NCBI RefSeq assembly: GCF_009914755.1
Contig: NC_060928.1
Direction: 5' to 3' (one strand)
Length of the DNA stretch: 64,000 nt
From: the human T2T-CHM13v2.0 reference genome, Homo sapiens
A program made the translations under genes and the position numbers. The notes below the pieces were generated by a model. The model saw nothing but the letters and a program-made list of their open reading frames with translations, made no database searches and was not told the origin of the DNA. Positions 13,021 through 26,039 of this stretch are shown piece by piece (the first letter of the stretch is position 1; each line of letters starts with the position of its first letter).

Positions 13021-14463
13021 ATATTTAATATTCTTTTTTATTTTCTAACAACACTAAAAGAAAATTAAAACAAAATGAGGAAATATTTCTCTTTCTGTTG
13101 GCCCAGCGTTTTAATGACTAGGGCATTTAATGACTAGGGCATCCAAAAATGTATCTAACCACCATCAGAAGAAAAAGAAATAATAAAAATGTTAATAAAG
13201 AAGAAGTGTTATTCACGGGCAGAGACAATATTAAATGTTATTCTAATGCAACATTATATTTAGTAACCATTTAATCTGGTAATATCTTATCCTTGCAATA
13301 ACATATGAAATAAGTGATTATTTGACCACAGCGTTGAAATTTCTTAACCGCGAATGTCTTAATAAAGATAAATGCATCTACTGTGATACCTAGGTTTCCC
13401 GTAGTGCTTTCTGAGGAGATAAATAGTTTTCCTTTTACTTTTGTAGTGATTAAATTTTTCTATGAAGCATGAAATATAATTACACTGAGATTAGACAGCA
13501 TTACCTTCATGTGTGATAATTACCAATAAAATTAGCAATTTTCTTCTAAAAATACCTACAGTGTTTAATATTAGCTTTCATTTTTGCAGAATGGAAGAGT
13601 TAAGATTTGTCATTCAGATTAAATGATAGAAAACACTTTTAAAATCTCATTTTATTGCTCCTTAGTTTTTTTTTTTTACTAAAAAAAAATTAACTGTTAG
13701 ATGCTGTGTTTCTTTTAATTTGTAATAATTAAAATCCAGTTTAAAATCCCTAGCTGAAGTTCTGCTAAAATGTTATCTGTCCTAATGAATATGTACAAAA
13801 TAAATTACAGGATTATTTCGGGATAGTATTTTTTAAAGGACTCTGGGCTTTTTTGAAATTGAATACCCTTTTACAGTTGTCTACATTGTCAAATTCAATG
13901 TGCATAGTGTCAAATTGTGTATTTTAATGGGTAAATCCAGAGGGTTAATGGCTGTTGTGGACAGCAAATACACTGGAAAGTTTTAGGAAACATAGAGGAA
14001 TTTAGTGTTTACCTGTCAATTGTCTTTATATTCTTCACCATGAAATATTTTACTGTATGTATTAGAACTGTAATAACAAACTACTTCTATGTGGATCCTT
14101 ACTTCACCATCTATGTGAAAAAGAGTGGAAAAAATTATCTTTATTCTCACCTCAATTACAAGCCTTTAACACTTGACAACTAGGTAATTTTTCTCTATGT
14201 TATCTCCATTTTATCCATTCTCTGTTTATATCCTTGATCATGTGAAATTATTGATTAAAATGCATCAATTGGAAATGAGTTCCTGAAGTTTTCTTTACCA
14301 TGCCAGATAATTAGAGAGCAGGCACCTTCCATAAGCAAGTGAAGATTGCTGACTATAATCATATAGCTGAGTAGAGGGCTGGACTGCTGTAATCAGAATA
14401 AAGAATTTAAGAAATACTTATATGGTGAACATTCACCCTTCTTTCTTCATTTAAGTCTGAGGT

Positions 14464-14795
14464 TGGGCTGATGGTGGTGGCTCACACCTTTAATCCCAGC
14501 ACTTTGGGAGGCCAAGGTGAGAGGAGTGCTTGAGCCCTGCAGTTTGAGGCCAGCCTGGACAACAGGGAGAAACCCCATTTCTACCAAAAAAAAAAAAAAA
14601 AAAAAAAACCAGGTGTGGTGGTGTCCATCTGTAGACCCAGCTGCTCAGGAGGCTGAGGCAGGAGGATTCCTTGAAGTCAGGGAGGTCAAGGCTGCAGTGA
14701 GGCATGATCATTCCACTGCACTTCAGCCTGGATGGCAGATCAGAACTCTGTCTCATTTTAAAAAATGCAAATACTAAACAAACAAATAAATAAAA
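14464..14795 (+). mobile_element. AluJ-type SINE with expanded middle A-run
   Basis: Dimeric Alu with J-type 'tgcttgagccc' and 'gaggtcaaggctgcagtgag'. Confidence 0.92.
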
Positions 14796-14800
14796 TCTGA

Positions 14801-14940
14801 GGCCAAGCACAGTGGTTCAGGCTGTAATCCTCGCACTTTGAGACACCAAGGCAGACAGATCGCTTGAGCTCAGGAGTTAAAGACAAGCCTGGACAACAAA
14901 GCAAGACCCTATCTAAAAAATAAAATTAAATAAAATAAAA
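14801..14940 (+). mobile_element. Alu left monomer (FLAM-like)
   Basis: 'ggccaagcacagtggttcaggctgtaatcc...gcaagaccctatct' plus A-rich tail, flanked by aaaatctgag repeats. Confidence 0.85.
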
Positions 14941-15899
14941 TCTGAGGGTGACGTTTATGTCTGCTGGTCTATAAATCACATTATTCCTTTTAGAGAAGTT
15001 AAGGAGCACAAAAAAGGAGCAAAAATCTTATATTTCTGATAGTTGTAGCTTCCCTCCAAAGCTCACACAGGAAATAATCATATATTGCAGTTCAAGAGTT
15101 CAAAAGTTTTTTTCCCCAATAGAGTTATAGATTCTAATTAGCTTTTCTTTGCGTGTCCTACACTTAAATATGAATGAGCAACATAGTTTAGTTTAACTCA
15201 ATAGCTGAGAACATGAAAAACTGAGACTGAAACAGTAAAAATAAAATGGAAGTTGGATACAATGATAGTTCATGAAAAAAAGATTTTAAAAACATATTAT
15301 TCATATCCTCAGAGTCTTCACAGTTAAATGAATCTATTGTATCATCATAATGCATAATGCTATGAAACAAGACATCTTGAGAACAATATTATACTCTTTA
15401 GTAGAAACTGTTGTTTACACGTTTTCCTGGGCACAGAACTCAATTTACACTGCAACTAGAATTAAAAAGAACATTTTCCAGTGCTCTCATGTAGACAAGT
15501 GTGCCCATGTGAATAAACTTTGACCAAAAAGATGTAGGCAGAGTATGACTTTTGGGATCTGAGCAAAGCTACTTTAATGATAGAAAATGCTTTTTTTTTC
15601 TTTTTTTTTTTTCTTCTTGGGCCTTGTGATGGAGACAGATTCATTGGAGTTCCAACAACCCTCTTGGACTATACATTCTTTTAAGAGATAGAAGCCATTC
15701 ACTAAGACAATAAAATAGAAATGTGAAATATGGGACTGCAGGTCCTTGATGTCATAATGAAACTTCCATATCGGTTCCGGGCTCCCTAACTTCTTAGCTA
15801 AATTTTGTTAGAATTGCATAAATTCTATATTGCTTAAGCCACATGTATTCTGGAATATTAGATTATATACAGCAACATATATCTTTAACCAATATATAG

Positions 15900-16855
15900 A
15901 ATAAATAGAAGATAAAGTTTGAGAAACTTCATGAATAGAAAAGTGAAAAAAAACAGTTGAACAATACAAGAGGAAAAAGATATAGAGCTAAGATCAGAAA
16001 AAAATATATTGATTAAATAATTACACAAAAGTAAAGAAACAAAAAAGAATATTATCAAAGGTTAATTTTTAAAAATTCCCAGAAATAAAAGAGATGGGTT
16101 AGACTGAAATGCACTACTAAATGCCAAGTGAATCCATAATATATGACCACAGCAAAGAGGATAATCATGAAATTTCAGAATATGGGAATAAAAAAGAAGA
16201 TTCTAAAATCTTTCTGAGAATGGGAGTTGGAGGAGTAGAGACAGTACTGAGAGAAACATGTGTAAAGAAATTCACCCTGAAATAATTGAAAATCACTATA
16301 GCATCTAATGCTTCAGCGTCAGTTCCAGAAACTAGGAGACAGTCTGATCGTATCTGCAAAAAAGAATGATTTCCAACAAAATTTTCATATACAAAATATA
16401 AATGCCCATATGCCATACATGATCTCTGTTCTTTTGGCTCTCATTCTATGTTTCTTATAATTTTCATAGAGGTTTTACTTCCCTAAACAAGAGAATAAAA
16501 CAAAAATGGTAAAACATGGGATGTGTAACTGGGTGAGCAGTATGTGTGGGCCTATGGCATGGGAGAAAGAAGCTTTAGAATAAATTATCCTCCAAAGAAA
16601 ACACATAAGGACAAATAATAAATAACTGATATTTTAAAATTTATTGAGAAGAGACATGAACTTGTGACAGTGACTTTAGGAATGGATTTGTAAGATAGAA
16701 AATTTAGGATTTCACAACAACAAAGACAATGTGTTTTTCTAAGAAAAAGTATTAAATATAAGAAAATAAAAGATAGTATGTCTTCTAGTGTATCTGTGAA
16801 GAATGATTATATAAGTACAGTATTTGACCAATAAATGGCATTCCAATAAAAACAA
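15900..16855 (+). mobile_element. Very old L1 ORF1-region / HAL1-like remnant
   Basis: A-rich, with 'aattcccagaa...catgaaatttcagaa...aagattctaaaa' motifs typical of L1M/HAL1 ORF1 regions. Confidence 0.45.
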
Positions 16856-16861
16856 TAAAAT

Positions 16862-17080
16862 AAAGCTGAGGTGGAAATACCTCTGGAAGCCACGAGTTGA
16901 GACCAGCTGGGGCAACACAATAAGACCCTGTATCTACAGAAAAATATAGTGTTGATAGTCCCAGTGACTTGGGAGGCTGAGGTGGGAGGATCACTTGAAT
17001 CCAGAAGTTAGAGGCTACAGTGAGCTACGATCAAACCACTGCACTCCAACCTGGGTGACAGTGTGAGACTCTAACTCTAA
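16862..17080 (+). mobile_element. 5'-truncated, internally deleted AluJ
   Basis: 'gaggctgaggtgggaggatcacttgaatccagaagttagaggctacagtgagc...gcactccaacctgggtgacag'. Confidence 0.85.
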
Positions 17081-17125
17081 ATGTGTATGTGTATATATAC
17101 AAACACACACACACACACACACATA
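17081..17125. repeat. (TA)/(CA)n microsatellite at the Alu tail
   Basis: Direct observation. Confidence 0.9.
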
Positions 17126-17128
17126 ATT

Positions 17129-19442
17129 GAAACCTATGACTGAGAAACATTCTTGAGTTTGCAAGATAACAGATAAGTATATAAACAGCTGGATGAAACA
17201 TTGAAATTTTCTCCTTTGGTGAGACAAAGAAAACTGGCTGAAATGGGTTGGAACTAATAGGGTCAAGTAGAATTTGCACAGAGCAAGCTTGCTGATGCCA
17301 CAACTCAAATTTTCTCAACATGTTTCATCCTAATTGTCCCTGAATTTTCACATGTGATGGTGATGGTGGCCTGTCTGCTGCAGCTGCTGTGAGGATGCCA
17401 GCTGCAGCTGGGAGGCACAGCTGGGACTGCATGCTTCATGGAACCAACAGGAGCCAGGAACAGGTAATCCCAGCAGGAGGCCCATGTCCTACCGAGTTGG
17501 GGGGGTGGGAGCCCGTGCTCCTAGGCACAGCTGCAGTCATCCAGCCATGGCTCCAGAACTGGGCATCCCTGTGCTATTGCGGAATGTGCTCCCAGGAACT
17601 CCCCTAGCCCTGCAGGGTTGGAAATGCCTGCCCCCTGGCTTCTCCCCACTCCTAGTGTCTACTCCAATGCAGAGCAAAGTTGTGGCTGAATCAGGGAGCT
17701 GTTCCAAACTGGCTGGGTGTGCTTGCATTTGGGGGCAGTGCTGACATGCCAGCCCCCTGCTGCCTTGGCCCCCTCCAGACTTTGGGCAGTGACAAGCATG
17801 GCAGGGAGGCCAGGGGACTGAGGGTGACTTGATGCAAGACTGCAGGTGCCATTTGGTGTGGATAGCCTGGGTGCCATAGAAGGGATGTTGATAGTAGTAG
17901 GAGTCAGATAGGTTCCTGAGTGGGAAGGAATGGGTCCCCAGTGAAATGCCACCTGCAAGCCAGGGAGAGCCTAAGCCTGGGGGCTGGGTTCTCATTTCCA
18001 GGTAGAGTTTGCAACCCACAGTCAGAACTTCCTTAATGCCTTTTGGCCAACTGGATGGTGATTTTTCCAGGCCCTTCCATAGCTTCCCACGAACCAATCA
18101 GCATGTACTTTCTCCCTTCTGAGCCCATACAAATCCCAGACTCAGCCAGACTCAGAGACTCCTTGGGATGACCTGCCTGCAGATAGGAGGTCCCCACTTT
18201 GAGTCTCCTCTCCACTGAGAACTGTTGTGTCACTCTATAAAGCTCCTCTCCACCTTGCTTACCCTCCAGTTGTCCACATAATCTCATTCTTCCTGGACAT
18301 AGGACGCAAACTTGGGACCCACAAAATGGCAGGAGCAAAAGGAGCTGTAACATATTCCTGACTGGCTCACAGAGTTGCAGGTGGTGATACGCTCCCGGAC
18401 TGTGGGAGTGAAGAGTCATGACCCTTCCGGGGGTCCAGACCTTGGGATTCTCGAGCCAGAACTGCTATAATGCTATAGCCCTCCTGCCTCTGCTGGCACC
18501 AGGCAACTACCACGCACGATGGGAAGCAGTAGTGGGGCCGGGCCAACCCAGGAGTTGTGGGATGGAGAGGGGCAGTGGGACTGAAAGAACTGTAACACAA
18601 ATGGGCTGAAACATGCCCTCTAAACAAGCCCCTCGGCTCACTGCTCTGTGGGAGACGAGAAGGAGAAAAGAGCTGTGGCCCTTCTGGAAGCCCAGACATT
18701 GGGGCTCCCCAGGCCAGGGCTGTGACACCCTTGTTGGGTCTCTGTGGTTTCTGGCATCTCCAAGCTTTCAGGCTCCACCGCACTCCCCCTGTCCAGAAGC
18801 TGATGCCTGCAGCAGAAGCCGGTGCCTGCAGCAGAAGCCACTTGTGGTATGTGTGGTCTAGCTGCAGCCTTGCATGGAGCCAGCACCTGTGCCGACACCT
18901 GGAGCTGCCCACCCCCCCCCCCCATAGCAGCTGGTGTGCCTGGCTGTGCACAGTGGCCAGACACTGCACTTGCTTGCTCACACACCCCTCACTGTTCTGT
19001 GCCTGGTTTATCCTTGGCCGGCATGGGATCTGGGCTGGTAGCATGAGCTGAGAGCAGACTGGTGGGCCAAATGGGTAGAACAAGCCCAGAGGGCGTGAGC
19101 AAAACTCAGGCAGAGGTGCCTCTGGCCACAGAGGTTTCTGGCTGGTGAAGCGACACCCGAAGGATCCTGACACTTGCAATCCATGAGATAGCATAAAGTG
19201 ATAACTGCACATGCTGGAGGACTTTGCAGACCACCCATCTTCTTCTACCAATCACCTAGTAATCCCAGAAGTCATCCCCTAAACATATTCTAATGAAATT
19301 ACTGCCTTAATGCCAGCCCAGGGGACAGATTTAAGCTGCACCCCTGTCACCCTGAGTCTTGCAATAAAAATCTCTTCTTTTCCTGGTGTTACAGTATTTG
19401 CCTTTAGTACATCAGCAGGCAAGCCCCTCTTGCTTTGTAACA
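17129..19442 (+). mobile_element. ERV1-class solo LTR (family uncertain) split by MER52 into 17129-17354 and 19173-19442
   Basis: The two halves join across catg/cttg. CCAAT box, AATAAA at ~19363 and a terminal 'tgtaaca'. Confidence 0.7.
17355..19172 (+). mobile_element. MER52-family long solo LTR (ERV1), GC-rich
   Basis: Starts 'tgatggtgatggtggcctgtctg', ends 'gaggtttctggctggtgaagcgacacccgaaggatcctgaca', matching MER52 termini as recalled. 4-bp TSD catg/cttg (1 mismatch). Confidence 0.85.
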
Positions 19443-20255
19443 ATAGTATGTCTTCTGGCTTCTCTGTGGAAAATGATTATATAAGTAGAGGACTTGAGCA
19501 CTAAATGGTGTTCCAACCAAAACAACAACATATATAATTTGGTTGAAGGTTATGGAGTTAAAGGAAGTATGTGTATTTATTTTGCATGGAGATGTAGAAG
19601 TCAAAGGTAAATACGAGTGACACTATTTTTTAAAGATTTTATTGAATGTATATATATATGTTTTCTAACACATATGAAATTAAAAATTAAAAATTAAATT
19701 AAAAAATAATCACATATGAAATTTAAAAAATTGATTAATTAGTTAAATTAATTTCACATGAAATTAAAATTAATTTTTTATTAAAGAATTAAAAAAACAT
19801 TAAAATATAAGTATTCTAAAATAATAAATCCTAAGTGTTATGGGATAATATAATAGGCCTCATTATTATCTGAACCTTCCAGAAAAAAATTTCCCTAAGC
19901 AAAACATATTCATTTGAATATTGAATAGTAAATGGGTATTAGCCATGAAAAGAGAAAATGTCTAAAGATAGAGATATCTGTGAAAAGGCCAAGCAATGAG
20001 ACTGAAAAGAATATGGTAGAGCATAAAGTTAGGAGAAATTTCACTAGAAAGAGAGAGAGAAATGGATGGATGGAGGGACGGAGGGTGGGTGCAAAGAAAA
20101 GATATTTGCTAAGCAGTAATAAGAAAGCCAAAGAGGCATCAACTATAAGAATCAGAAATTAAATGTGAATATATACTTATATCAGTGTAGCGGGCTTATT
20201 CTTTTTTATTTCCAAGTTGAGACAAATATTTCCCAGAATTGGCCTTTTAACTGAG

Positions 20256-20381
20256 TTAGGTAGTGTGGCCCAGTTTGCCTGGGAAAGTTTCAGTTTATGC
20301 ATGGTATCCCAGCATAATGGTTATTAGTGCTCATTGTCAGTTTCAAAATGCCACAATTTGGATAAATTAGATTCCACCTAC
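20256..20381 (+). mobile_element. MER94-like hAT MITE
   Basis: 'cccagtttgcctgggaaagtttcagtttatg...aatttggataaattagattccacct' matches the MER94 layout. Confidence 0.6.
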
Positions 20382-23202
20382 TTTGAGTCCTCAGACACTG
20401 GGAAGCCATAAAAGGAGCCATAGATCTCATTTTATTCTACTATTTAGTCAGAAGACTCAGTCTTCAGATTTCCCAGGTAAATCTCATTGCCTCCCAAAAT
20501 ATGCTTTTAGTACATTTGAACACATGTAAAATGAATGTGCTGTGTGGATATATATGGTGTAAGTTTTAAGTTACAACAACTACAGTTAGAAGAGTGTACG
20601 CAGGAAAAGTAAGTCATTGAGCATAGGAGGGATCAACTGAATACTTGATAGGACCTTGTGTGGACTCTGAGAAGTTTTATATTGTTTAGAGCGCTATTGA
20701 GCTGTTTTTGATTATGCAAATACAAAGGTATGTGTCAAATACAAATGAACTGATCTTACTTTGCTATATTTTGATCTTTTCTTTGACAACTCAAGGGAAG
20801 TCAAGGAAGTCCCAACTTCCTGACATGGCATTATAAATAGTGAAATATTTTGTATGAAACAGCTAAATACACTCTAATTTTGTTCTACATGACAGTAACA
20901 TGGGAAAGGTAAAGAATGAAACTGGTTATGACAGATATTACACCAGAATGCTAACAATATTTATAAAAATCCTTCTATCTTACTTTGTTCTATTTATTTT
21001 AATAGAACAAAGAAATGCAGTAATATATGAGTTATTTTGGCATACTGATTTCAAGTAACTCTACCAATAGATTTTTCACCCTACAGTAAATAAGTGTTTT
21101 GACATATTTTAACACGTCTTGAGCTGTTTAAAATTTTCTATTACCTCTGTTCAGAATAGGAGTGTTAAAGAAATAATAGCAAAATAACTAGTTTTGGAGC
21201 CCTTAAGTAGACTTACTAAATATTTAACAAACACGGTAGTTTGCAAAGCAAAGTGCTTCTCAGGCCCAGACACTTAAGCGAATAAAAGTCTTAACTTTGG
21301 AATTTTTAAAATGTGCTTTTGCATCTAAAAGATCAAAACTAGAGCACTCACAGCATACACACCTTATCCTATGTCACAGATGGCAAATCAATTTGCAAGA
21401 ATTTAAGAAATCAAGAATCTGCACTTTTCCTCTATAAGGGAAGAATACAAAATTGGACCAGCTTGGATAAATGAAATTTTCAAACAGATATGTCAAAGTT
21501 TTGATACAGGTAAAATTCTGAGAAGGGGCCCAACACAGCATATTTGATCCAAATCTGGGTGAGGGTGGGTTTTCTAATTGCTTTGTCTGCAGTGAATCTT
21601 GGACAGCTATGATCTTTGTAGGGAAGCTCTGTATTCCTCCTGGTACCCGCGTAGCTGGTGCAAAAGGAGGTATCATCAGTATTATACCAAAAGGAACCTT
21701 CACAGAGGTCTGTTCCCTAATCTGCTACAAGGAAAGTAGCCAGTGGTATTCAAGCCTACTTGAGAGGGTTTCAGAAGGGGCTGAGAGAAGAAAAACTGGA
21801 AGAGAACTAGCTTGAGCTTGAAGCAGACTGAACACAGGGTGTACAGATTGATGCCTAAGAGAGGAACAGGGCCACCAGTATAACCAGATAAGAAAGCATC
21901 AGAGACCATTGTCCAGCTCTGTGCAGGAGAAGCTGCACCTCAACAGAGGCCAGCAAAAATAGATAGCAGCATGTATAGGAAAGCAAGGGAGAAGGCAAGC
22001 CGTCCAGGAAAATAGATTATTCTACAGGAAATTTCTTATCTATACCACCCACAAAGAATGAGTTTTAACTTAAAGTGATTGAATTGCCTTTAAATAGTGA
22101 CATTGACTTTTCTGCCATCAATGATGTGTTTAGTTATATCAGGAGTGAGGACTGTTAAATGTACGCAAATTTGTTAAACCATATTTTCTCTAGATGCTAA
22201 GTTATTCATGTATAATAATGGAGGAAAAATATTTTTTTTGCAATTTTTTCAGATCTCTTGAAGTTGTCAGCAAATGCAATGTATTCATGCCACTGGTACT
22301 TATTAACTTATTATATATATTTCTTATCATCTTTTCTGATGTCTAATTCCAATACATACAGAGTATTTTTATTGTTAGATGTCTTTCTGATATCAAGACA
22401 ATGAATGAATTCCAAGGTTTTCCTTTGCTTTGTAGAAAAAAAAAAGCCCCCTGAAAAATACAAGTTATTTTGTCCTGCTGGGAGACAACAATCACTGTCA
22501 TTTAAAAATATATTAAAATACAATTGTCTCAAAAATATAAAAGCATATCTTTAAAAACTTTGTTGAGAAAATTGTAAAGTAATAAAAGAGTCAAAACATT
22601 ACTAGGAGCCATTTCTATGAAATGCTGCACATTGTCAAGTAGGCCCTTAGGGTATGTCTGATGCCGAGGAGCTTGTGTGTTTTATATTGGTTTGCTCTAC
22701 TTTGGAACTCTGTAGAGATATAACTTAACTTGCAGGGAAAAAAATGGTGAGGCGTTTTGTTATTGTTGTTGAAGTAATACAAATGGTTTCTCCCATACTG
22801 AATTATCTTTTAAACTAGTTTTATCATCAGTTAATTAGCTAAATACTGTCTTCAACATATGTTCATTTTATATTTGTCTGAAAATAATGTTTTAACTTGT
22901 TTTAAAATTACACTTTAATGCATTGGAATATTATCAGGTAAAAAAAAGATACTATTTTTCTTGGGAACAAGTATGACCCAAAGTAAAATTAATTGGCATT
23001 ACTAGCTATGCATTTACCATGGGAAAAGCCTAGGTTTGCAATCATCTTAACTTTCAAATCCAAGACATGAACCTAGTTAGGGTTCAGTCAGCACAATTTT
23101 TTTTTTTCAGGTAGGAACAAAAGTTTAATAAGCAAAAGAATAAAGCTCTTCACAGTAAAGAGGGGGCCTATGAGGGTTTCCAACTGTAAGACTGGGTCTG
23201 GA

Positions 23203-23518
23203 TTTTTTTTTCTTTTTTTTAAATTATACTTTAAGTTCTAGGGTACATGTGCAGAATGTGCAGGTTTGTTACATAGGTATACACATGCCATGGTGGTTTG
23301 CTGCATCCGTCAACCTGTCATCTACATTAGGTGTTTCTCCTAATGCTATCCCTCCCCTAGCCCCCCACCCCGACAACAAGCCCCAGTGTGTGATGTTCCT
23401 CTCCTTGCATCCATGTGTTCTCATTGTTCAACTCCCACTTATGAGTGGGAACATGCGGTGTTTGGTTTTCTGTTCTTGTGTTAGTTTGCTGACAATGATA
23501 GTTCCCAGCTTCATCCAT
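23203..23518 (-). mobile_element. L1PA 3' end, 5'-truncated
   Basis: Poly-T then 'attatactttaagttctagggtacatgtgcag...ccagcttcatccat'. Confidence 0.95.
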
Positions 23519-25089
23519 TTTAGTCTAAATGTTGTGTCACTAAGAACTTTTTTTTAGTTCTAGGTTGTTCTTTTTTGGCCTCAATATCACCATTAAAAGA
23601 AATGGTTTGACAGTTTACATATTATGCTTGTAACAGTATGAATAGACAAATCCTTCCCTTACTTCCAAAAGAATGAGTTGGAATACGTCCAAAAACATAA
23701 AATTGAATTTAACATAAAATTAAATTTAATGAATTTCTATCATTAGAAATATTAAAAATTTCATGAATAGTTCAAAAGTCTTTAAAATTACTTTAATTCA
23801 AAATTTAAAACTGTAATCACTATAACTATAAAATATATGTGTATACATACATATATAATGTACATATATTTACATTATATATATATACCTATGTATGTAA
23901 TATATACATGTATATGGCTTTTAACAAAAGTAGAGAAATGTAGTTAGTTTATAAAATACTCACCAATTCATCAATTGTTACAATTGTATTCATGGGCAAT
24001 AGGGAGAAGGAAATCACTTCAAAAATTTATTTTTAATTTTGGTCTTGATAAAATATACAGTGGTATAAAAGAAGCTAATTCTTCAGCTTTATATCTGAAC
24101 TATTCATAATTTTTGAAATCATGCTCTTTCTTTTCTCTGATTTTATTTATGCTGTAATATATTTCCTCATTCTCATTTTTCCAATTAAAATGTATATTTA
24201 TATTTGAATTAGTTTAGAAGTCACTTTTCATTAGATTCTCCCAAATAACTCTAAAAAAATCTCTTCCTTATTAATGACAATTCAGTCTTATATACATGTT
24301 TAATGCTTTGTCTTTTCATACAATACTGCATTCTTGCTTTTACCAACTGAAATATTAATTACTTGAGGGTAGGAATTGTCTTACTTATATTTATTGCTTA
24401 CACGTTGCCAGGTAAATAGTTGAGAGTAAATTAATGTCTACCATAAATTTCTCCTGAAGATTAATACTAATAATCTTGAGGGATTTGTTTTTTTCTTTCA
24501 TTTTATTCCATTTTTACTTTCTTCTGTTTTCATGCTTTTTTTTAATATGCTCTTTTTTTACCTAGTAAGTAAATAGGTAATTTTAAATGATAATATTTAG
24601 ATTTACATAGAAAAAGAATGAGTATTTGGAAATGTTTTGCTCCAGAAATCAAAAAGCAAGCTGTAAAATCAGAGTTCAGTTAGCCTTAGTTTGGTGCATT
24701 TATTATGAATGTGGATGGTCAGGAAAGATTTGAGGCATCTGAGGGTATTGACATTGAATGGTGGCGTCTGAAAAGAATTAGGTGATGAGAAGAGAGCTTT
24801 AAATAGTCAGACTTCTGGCAACGCTAAAGCTAAGACATTATTAAAATAAGCAGCAGGAATTTCAGAACTATCAGCAGACACGACAGCCTTTTGTATAAAT
24901 TCAAGCGAAAGGAAACTCACCTTATCAGGTGACTTTAGTCAAGGTTTGAATATCCATCCAAGACTTTGAAGGACGAGAAAGTCTGGAGTCAATAATTTAA
25001 GAGCAGTAAGAGAACCCTTAAGTATATAAGTTTTTCAGCAATTATTTAATTGATAATTGTTGCTTTGTTTAGCTTAGTTCCTTACCTGC

Positions 25090-25529
25090 CCTATTGTTTA
25101 AATATGGTTTATTTCATCAAAACTCAAGTGGAGGGCAGGTCCTCATTTTGGCGATGTTGGGAGATTGTGTTTCTGAGGTGATTAGTTTGGTAAGAGAGAT
25201 TAATGCCTGCTTTTCTTCCGAGAGTAAATTCTCACTCTCATGGGGTTGATTTAGTTACTAGGAGAGACATTATTTTTAATAAATTATGGCTGCCTCTCTC
25301 TTATTTTATTTATTTATTAATTTTTTATTTTCCTGCATTCCTAGGTTCCCTTCTGTTTCTGTACCTTGTTTTAAGGCAGCATGAGGCCTTCACCAGCAGC
25401 TATCAGATGCGGACACTCCATCTTGAACTTCCCAGCCTGCAGAACTGTAAGCTCAATAAACTTACTTTCTTTATCAATTACCTGGTCTCAGGTATTCTTT
25501 TACAGCAACAAAAAATGGACCCAGATACT
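25090..25529 (+). mobile_element. MaLR solo LTR (MST-type)
   Basis: 'atcttgaacttcccagcctgcagaactgtaagctcaataaac...tctcaggtattcttttacagcaacaaaaaatggac'. Confidence 0.8.
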
Positions 25530-25744
25530 TAGTCAGCTTGTCCCTGAGGCAGCTTTGAGAGCTTAAGACAGTTGTTAAGTCATTGAAAACCATACAGGAG
25601 CTAAGCACTGTTTGTTGTAGGCATGTAGTTTGTGGGATGGTCTCTTTATAGTGTCAATGAATATTGAATATTCTGTGTAATTGAAAGGGTCTTATTAATA
25701 TGGTAAGCATGCCACAAAAGAGAAACAAAACAACTTTAGGTACA

Positions 25745-25945
25745 CTGCATACTCTGTCAAGATCCTGGCTCTGCAACTCATCCTCTCTGTAGTAATGTGA
25801 AAGATAATCTCAACTTTAGTTTCTTCATTGGTATAGCCAGCAACACAATATATTCTATCTCACAGGAGTTTTGTAATATTAAATAAGCTGATGTATGAAA
25901 ATTCTATAGACATAGCAGGCATTTCAAAACTGGTAATTATTCTCT
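25745..25945 (+). mobile_element. MIR SINE
   Basis: 'gatcctggctctgcaactc...ttagtttcttcatt...ctatctcacaggagttttgt'. Confidence 0.55.
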
Positions 25946-26039
25946 AAATTTACTCAGTGTACATATGTGCTTGACATTTTGCTGCCCCCTATTATATTAA
26001 TTATATTTTTAGTAACAGCAGAGATACCTAACAACATAG

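Noticed and set aside
17389-19251. Dense overlapping ORFs up to 294 aa on both strands
   Set aside because: All lie inside the GC-rich MER52 LTR, where stop codons are scarce. No protein motifs are recognisable.
19668-19800. Extremely AT-rich tract with repeated caca(ta)tgaaatt and palindromic patches
   Set aside because: Low-complexity sequence whose self-similarity is expected from its composition.
21500-22080. Moderately GC-rich unique-looking block with 68-109-aa ORFs
   Set aside because: No recognisable protein or splice pattern. It may be an ancient LTR, but I cannot assign a family.
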